Part shown: positions 35,528 through 40,338 of the stretch, piece after piece
Layout of the letters: the number at the start of each line of letters is the position of its first letter
How positions within the stretch are numbered: position 1 is the first letter of the stretch
Source: a virus
Strand: one strand, 5' to 3'
DNA: 40,338 nt
UHGV virus genome: UHGV-0319604
Translations under genes and position numbers: made by a program
Notes under the pieces: model-generated
What the model saw: the letters and a program-made list of their open reading frames with translations, nothing else
Databases searched by the model: none
What the model was told of the DNA's origin: nothing

Positions 35528-36114
35528 TGGCACTGAATGATGAATATGAGCAGCTTCTCTATAAGCTGCTGCCACCCGGCCCGGCATGGGAGGGAGAGAA
35601 CCCGCTGATTGAAGGTCTGGCACCGTCTCTCACGCGCGTACATCAGCGTGCTAATGCGCTGATGAAGGAAATCGACCCGGCTCAAACGACAGAGCTGATA
35701 GACCGTTATGAAACCGTCTACGGCCTGCCCGATTCGTGTACTCCTGACGGCGTGCAGTCGCTACGACAGCGCCAGCAGCGTCTTGACGCGAAAGCCAACG
35801 TTGCGGGCGGGATTAACGAACAGTTTTACCGCAACCAGCTGGACGCGCTGGGCTACACCACGGCCACTATCGAACAGTTTCAGAACCTTGACAGCACCCC
35901 TGATCCGGAATGGGGGGAGTTCTGGCGCTATTACTGGCGCGTGAATATTCCGGCAGATGCCAATGTCAGCTGGCAGACCTGCACCAGCGCGTGCAATTCC
36001 GCAATCAGAACATGGGGCGACACGATCGCAGAGTGCGTCATTGAAAAACTGGCGCCATCGCACACCGTTGTTGTTTTCGCTTACCCGGAAGGAACAAACA
36101 ATGCATCGAATTGA
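35527..36114 (+). CDS. Tail protein (Mu gp48-like)
   Basis: 195-aa ORF immediately upstream of the tail fibre gene. Confidence 0.6.
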   Translation: MALNDEYEQLLYKLLPPGPAWEGENPLIEGLAPSLTRVHQRANALMKEIDPAQTTELIDRYETVYGLPDSCTPDGVQSLRQRQQRLDAKANVAGGINEQFYRNQLDALGYTTATIEQFQNLDSTPDPEWGEFWRYYWRVNIPADANVSWQTCTSACNSAIRTWGDTIAECVIEKLAPSHTVVVFAYPEGTNNASN

Positions 36115-37480
36115 TACACCTACGGCACAGGCCGATAAATTTGGACCCGGCAAAAATGGTTTTACGAATGGCGACCCGGCGACCGGCCGCCGCGCTACCG
36201 ACCTGAACAGTGACATGTGGGATGCTGTTCAGGAGGAGATCTGCGCTGTAATTGAAAAGTCAGGGCTGGCCCTGAATAAAGATCAGCACGATCAGCTTTA
36301 TCAGGCGATCGTTAAAATTATCACTTCCAAAATTCCAGATGCTCTCCTGAAAAAAAACAACCTGTCTGACCTGACAGATAAAGTGCTGGCGCGGGCCAAC
36401 CTGCAGTTAAAGACGGCAGCGCAAAAAGATGTCGTCACCTCTAAAACTGACGTGACCGCTGATCGAGTTTTAACTACTGGCTGGATGAGTCTCGGTGGAT
36501 ACGGTACAGATAATATGATTGCGGGCGCTGATGCACTAAAACCGCTGAGAAACGGTTTTTACGGCGTACAGACTGAGCCTACATATGGAAACGCTGCGCT
36601 AATTAGCTTTGGCTATGACTCAGGTTCGCAGGTTCATATTATTGCGAGGCAGGGCGGGCAGGCTCCAGCACTGGGTGTATGTGGCTCCACGCCTCAAGGG
36701 GTGTTTGGTAACTGGGGAAAAATCTATACTGAATTTCAGAAACCCACTGCTGGGGATGTAGGTGCGCTGCCAATTGGGGGCGGAACTTTAAGCGGCGCTT
36801 TAGCTGTTGTTCAAAATGGCGCAGCAATAGCAGTCCAGAGCAGAACAGCATCTCAAGCGGTGTATATGATAGGTAAGGATTATGATGGCGCAAATTGCTG
36901 GTACGTAGGACGTGGAGGGGCTAATTACAGCATTGCACTTTATAACTATAAAGGTACTAACGGATTAAATATTAACGAAGATGGTTCAATAGCTTTAAAT
37001 CTGGCAAACGGGAAACCATTTACCATAAACGGGCAAGTGGTTCCTTCCAATTATACAAATTTTGATTCACGATATGTATTAACGGATGGAGCTACATACG
37101 CAGGATTTGTGAACGGTGATGCAACCCGGCCTTATATGCGCCATCGAGTTAGCAATGCAGTGGTGGAGCTGGCAAAAAAAGGGGATTCGTATACTAAAGC
37201 AGAGAGCGAAAGCCGCTACCAGCCAAAAGGAAATTACACCCCAGCAGGGCAGGCTTACACAAAGACTGAAAGTGATGCACGATATGTGCAAGGAGTACAG
37301 CTTGGCGCTCGGTCACTAAGTGCATCATCTAATGCTTCGGGAGGTAATCTTTATCTTCCTGCTGGTTGTGTAGCTACTGGATACACTTCGCCTGGTTCTT
37401 CTAACGCTAACGATGTGAGGTTTTACTATAAACCCATTCAGCGGAATATTAACGGAACGTGGGTAACAATCTCAGGCTAA
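36101..37480 (+). CDS. Tail fibre protein (conserved N-terminus, variable AT-richer C-terminal receptor-binding part)
   Basis: Start ATG 36101 ([29 protein letters not shown]...); tandem protein repeats [10 protein letters not shown] / [10 protein letters not shown]; GC drops in the 3' half. Confidence 0.75.
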   Translation: MHRIDTPTAQADKFGPGKNGFTNGDPATGRRATDLNSDMWDAVQEEICAVIEKSGLALNKDQHDQLYQAIVKIITSKIPDALLKKNNLSDLTDKVLARANLQLKTAAQKDVVTSKTDVTADRVLTTGWMSLGGYGTDNMIAGADALKPLRNGFYGVQTEPTYGNAALISFGYDSGSQVHIIARQGGQAPALGVCGSTPQGVFGNWGKIYTEFQKPTAGDVGALPIGGGTLSGALAVVQNGAAIAVQSRTASQAVYMIGKDYDGANCWYVGRGGANYSIALYNYKGTNGLNINEDGSIALNLANGKPFTINGQVVPSNYTNFDSRYVLTDGATYAGFVNGDATRPYMRHRVSNAVVELAKKGDSYTKAESESRYQPKGNYTPAGQAYTKTESDARYVQGVQLGARSLSASSNASGGNLYLPAGCVATGYTSPGSSNANDVRFYYKPIQRNINGTWVTISG

Positions 37481-37490
37481 AGGAATTATA

Positions 37491-38075
37491 ATGCAAAACA
37501 TTAAGAATTTTAAAGTCGTAAAACCAACACCTAAACAATTGGAACTGTATACTGCAATGGATGGAACAGTCCCTATATTCCTACAATCAGAAGACGGCAG
37601 AGATTGGTTTGAATGTCACGAATTGTTTTCAGATGAAACAGTGAAAATTATGTACGACAGCAACGGGATTATTTGCTCAGTCGTTGATGAACGAGTCCCT
37701 GAGCGAGGAAATATCTATGCGGTGTCGATGTTTTACCCTGAAAATATGAGCGTAGCTGAAGTAGCACTAAGCGATTATCCTGAAGGGGTGAATATTGACG
37801 GATCTTGGATGTATAGTGATGGGAAAATTGTTCCGGTTCCTGTTGACGTGGTTTCGGAAGCAGAAAAAGAGAAAGCGCAGCGATTAAGTGAAGCGGAGGT
37901 AGCGATTGCGCCACTTCAAAGAGCCGTAAAATACGGGATCGCTACTGATGAAGAAAAAAAATCGCTTGAAAAATGGGAAGTATACACTGTCATGCTAAGT
38001 CGTGTTAATGCTTCTCAGGCTCCGGATATTTTGTGGCCTGAGAAGCTAGGGGGAGAGACAGAAACTACAATGTGA
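37491..38075 (+). CDS. Tail fibre assembly protein
   Basis: 194-aa ORF directly after the fibre gene; C-terminal ...EKWEVYTVMLSRVNASQAPDILWP typical of Tfa chaperones. Confidence 0.7.
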   Translation: MQNIKNFKVVKPTPKQLELYTAMDGTVPIFLQSEDGRDWFECHELFSDETVKIMYDSNGIICSVVDERVPERGNIYAVSMFYPENMSVAEVALSDYPEGVNIDGSWMYSDGKIVPVPVDVVSEAEKEKAQRLSEAEVAIAPLQRAVKYGIATDEEKKSLEKWEVYTVMLSRVNASQAPDILWPEKLGGETETTM

Positions 38076-38081
38076 GGGTTC

Positions 38082-39194
38082 TTACCTTTTGGAACAATCC
38101 TCGTTACTATTCAAGCATTCATCAATCAAATCAAGTATAGGACTTACATCTGCATCCATAACGCGACGCTCTTTTAGTCTCACCTGTTTAGCTAATTTAT
38201 AGTTTGGCCCCCACACATCCGCATTATCTGCTGGGGCGACGAGTATTTTGAATGGGTAAACACAGATTAGCCTTTTCTGAAATGCTCTGGATACATGTAC
38301 AAAAGAAGTGTCTGGGGAAATAACTAGAGCGCTTTCTTTTATTATTTGTGCTGCGGAAAAGAATGACGGCGTAGTATTTTTAGTTACATTTTCTGAATCG
38401 GGGATAGATGCAATTTTATGCTGCTCCCCGAGGATGATCATGTGATACGAATTGGCGTGTTTAGCCATATGATTTGTTATGGTTTCAATTTGCGAGGCTG
38501 AAAAAAAGCGCTCGCTGACGCTACCATAAGGGATAAATGACACTATTATTTTATTAGTGGTCTTTTTAATAAATTCCTGTGCCGCATCAGCATCTTTTTT
38601 AGGAATGATAACAGAGTAATCATAATCTGTTACACTGATACCTAACCCTTCAAGCAGGTCGATGTACCGTGTGCTAATATGAGCCAAGGGATTTTTTATT
38701 TTAATGACTTCATCGTATATTCGATATTTGTTTGTAAATCCAATGGTCTTATAAGGCTTGGAGAGTCTAATTAAATTAAATGTATCAACATTAGAGTGAG
38801 TTACCTCATGCGAATCAATGAAAGTAAATGGATTGATTGCATTGAGCGCAGCAAGGAGCGGCTTTTTATTATTTGGTTCATATAAATATAACCCGTGTAA
38901 ATTTTTCCACTCTTTAAATAAAAAATAAGTTCTTTTATCTGCTATTACAGACACCCGGTAATTGTTTCTCACCAGTGTATCAATTACCCCTCCAATAACA
39001 ACAGCATCCCCAATACCTTTAGCGATGAAAGGTATTACCAAATGGTTTGTTCCCGAATCAAGCCTGTCTTTATTGCGGCGGGCGCGAGTAGCAATCTCAC
39101 TTAATAAACTCAATTTGAGCTTTAATTTTGCTCTTTTGAGATAATAATTTTTAGATCTGTTTGCTTTCCTAAGCCATTTGATCACTGTTTTCAC
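38082..39194 (-). CDS. Glycosyltransferase family 9-like (heptosyltransferase-like) protein, AT-rich moron
   Basis: 370-aa ORF; IAKGIGDAVVIGGVIDTL (GT9 N-terminal signature) and ALVISPDTSFVHVSRAFQKRLICVY (GT9 C-terminal segment); clearly lower GC than the phage backbone; opposite strand to tail genes. Confidence 0.55.
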   Translation of the reverse strand: MKTVIKWLRKANRSKNYYLKRAKLKLKLSLLSEIATRARRNKDRLDSGTNHLVIPFIAKGIGDAVVIGGVIDTLVRNNYRVSVIADKRTYFLFKEWKNLHGLYLYEPNNKKPLLAALNAINPFTFIDSHEVTHSNVDTFNLIRLSKPYKTIGFTNKYRIYDEVIKIKNPLAHISTRYIDLLEGLGISVTDYDYSVIIPKKDADAAQEFIKKTTNKIIVSFIPYGSVSERFFSASQIETITNHMAKHANSYHMIILGEQHKIASIPDSENVTKNTTPSFFSAAQIIKESALVISPDTSFVHVSRAFQKRLICVYPFKILVAPADNADVWGPNYKLAKQVRLKERRVMDADVSPILDLIDECLNSNEDCSKR

Positions 39195-39272
39195 CTTATT
39201 CTTTATATAATAATTTATCTTTATGCTAACTGAGCAGCCTCACTATATGCAATAGCGGGCTGCCCTGTGTTG

Positions 39273-39872
39273 TTAATGTTGCAGCCAGCGATCACGCGCT
39301 TGCCGTGCTATGGCGATCATTTTCTGTATCTCTCCGAGAGTGAATTTTTCTGCTTCATCACACGGCATGACCACATAGCCGGAACGGATCACATGTTCTA
39401 GGCACGAATCGGGGTTCATAACCACTTCGCCAGGCATAAGAGGGTGACAGGCCACGGGCAGGCCGTTTTCGAAATAGGTGATTACTGCGTAATTACCCTG
39501 GCGTGATGCTGCTGGGGCTCTCTTTTGCAGTTCGGCTTCCATCTGGTTAAAAGCTTTAATGTAATTGATCTTCCACTGGAGTGCTTTTTTGCCGGTGAAT
39601 CCCATGACGATTAGAGAGAAAGCATCACGGGTCATTTCGAATGCAGGTGCAGAGATTCTAGCTCCGCCGTTAGGATTTTCCCGCTCATAGTGCGTCTCCT
39701 TAAAATTCAGGAGACGCCATTCTGAGTCACACTCTGATATAACAGTTCTGATTTTTTCCATGACATTGTCATGCCGTTTTTGGAAGTAGTTGGCAACAGC
39801 AACAGATGTGGTGATCGCGCGGTTATCGCACACTTTCACTTCGGGGAGCAAGGGAGAGATTGAAGTAGTCAT
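39273..39872 (-). CDS. Rha-family phage regulatory protein
   Basis: N-terminal VCDNRAITTSVAVANYFQKRHDNVMEKIR matches the Rha-domain signature (...T.S..VA..F.KRHDNV...I). Confidence 0.6.
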   Translation of the reverse strand: MTTSISPLLPEVKVCDNRAITTSVAVANYFQKRHDNVMEKIRTVISECDSEWRLLNFKETHYERENPNGGARISAPAFEMTRDAFSLIVMGFTGKKALQWKINYIKAFNQMEAELQKRAPAASRQGNYAVITYFENGLPVACHPLMPGEVVMNPDSCLEHVIRSGYVVMPCDEAEKFTLGEIQKMIAIARQARDRWLQH

Positions 39873-39983
39873 GTAGACCTCAGCTAAGTTTTTTCGAATG
39901 ATGCCTAATGGCGCCGGGAGGTTCGAAACGGCTTAGCAAAACCGCGGACTTATTCCCCTTTCGGGTGTTGTATTAGTCGCCCT

Positions 39984-40022
39984 CCCGACCTTGATCGGGA
40001 TGCGTCCGCTAACTGCGTCCGC
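39984..40022. repeat. Hairpin cccga-ccttga-tcggg (39984-39999) plus tandem direct repeat TGCGTCCGC (40001-40009, 40014-40022) upstream of the Rha-family gene
   Basis: Seen directly in the 256-bp noncoding region upstream of rha. Confidence 0.35.
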
Positions 40023-40128
40023 GGAATGACAGGCATAAAAAATCCAACACTGACGGGGTTGGTTCTGGCCGTGCTAAAGAGGTTTCGACGCCTCGGTAGT
40101 CAGAAGGTAAGCCAGTGCTGGATTTTTG

Positions 40129-40338
40129 TCAATGTATTGAACCCAGAGGGAGCTGAAGTTTTTCGGTAACGCCTTTCCGGGCAACCATTACTGCATCAAT
40201 CCTTCCGGTGTCTGGATGAATAATTGCTGTGATTTCTGCATTCTGAGGTTTGGTCATACCGACGTCACGGAAAAAAGACTCCAGAGCATTATCGGAATCT
40301 GAGGGGGATAAAGATGCCTCGTTTTTCTTGCTATCCAT
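40129..40338 (-). CDS. Small ORF of unknown function; start coincides with window edge so it may be N-terminally truncated
   Basis: 69-aa ORF from track; downstream (minus-sense) hairpin ccaac-cccgtcagt-gttgg + T-rich run at 40036-40062 could be its terminator. Confidence 0.3.
   Translation of the reverse strand: MDSKKNEASLSPSDSDNALESFFRDVGMTKPQNAEITAIIHPDTGRIDAVMVARKGVTEKLQLPLGSIH

Larger units (their letters stand above)
266..40338. mobile_element. Prophage (temperate tailed phage: lambdoid/Rac-like regulation, HK97-like head, Mu-like contractile tail); left end adjacent to yedE-like gene, right end not identified in window
   Basis: Contiguous integrase, excisionase, repressor/cro switch, replication, Q, lysis, terminase, portal, capsid, sheath/tube/tape measure/baseplate/tail fibre genes in canonical order. 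Confidence 0.85.

Noticed and set aside
39915-39945. tRNA-like T-arm motif GGTTCGAAAC upstream of the Rha-family gene
   Set aside because: No flanking complementary stems to form a T-arm or acceptor stem and no cloverleaf could be drawn; treated as part of the rha leader instead.
266-40140. Search for a duplicated att core at both ends (shared short strings such as cagaaggt near 283-297 and 40099-40113)
   Set aside because: Matches are only 7-8 bp and not in a convincing common context; the right prophage boundary probably lies outside the window, so no attR is claimed.
1-40338. CRISPR arrays, rRNA/tRNA genes, transposases or IS elements
   Set aside because: No regularly spaced direct repeats, no rRNA- or tRNA-like sequence and no transposase-like ORF were found by eye.

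Overview
The window is almost entirely one integrated temperate phage (prophage), about 40 kb, in an enterobacterial-type genome. All calls are by eye from the sequence and ORF track; no database search or computation was run. Position 1-264 is the N-terminus of a host YedE/YeeE-family membrane protein; the prophage starts just right of it with a tyrosine integrase and excisionase. Leftward early genes follow (a large RecE-like protein, small Zn-ribbon and unknown proteins), then an immunity switch: a repressor with an HTH but no LexA-like peptidase domain, divergent from a Cro-like gene, with CTAC-N5-GTAG palindromes on both sides. Next come replication genes (O-like and lambda-P-like), a terminator, and a perfect LexA box driving a UmuD'-like protein that appears to have lost both catalytic residues. 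Then an HNH-motif protein, an orphan C5 cytosine methyltransferase, a RusA-like resolvase, a Q-like antiterminator with late promoter and terminator, and a lysis cassette. A three-gene putative glycan-modification operon (Cst-II-like transferase, GT9 heptosyltransferase-like, SAM methyltransferase) sits between lysis and packaging. The structural region has an HK97-type head module and a Mu-type contractile tail, including a -1 frameshift site in the tail chaperone. Three AT-rich insertions (morons) are present, one a second GT9-like glycosyltransferase next to a Rha-family regulator. The right prophage boundary was not identified and may lie beyond the window. The two candidates for something new are the LexA-controlled pseudo-UmuD' paired with a peptidase-less repressor, and the glycan-modification operon.
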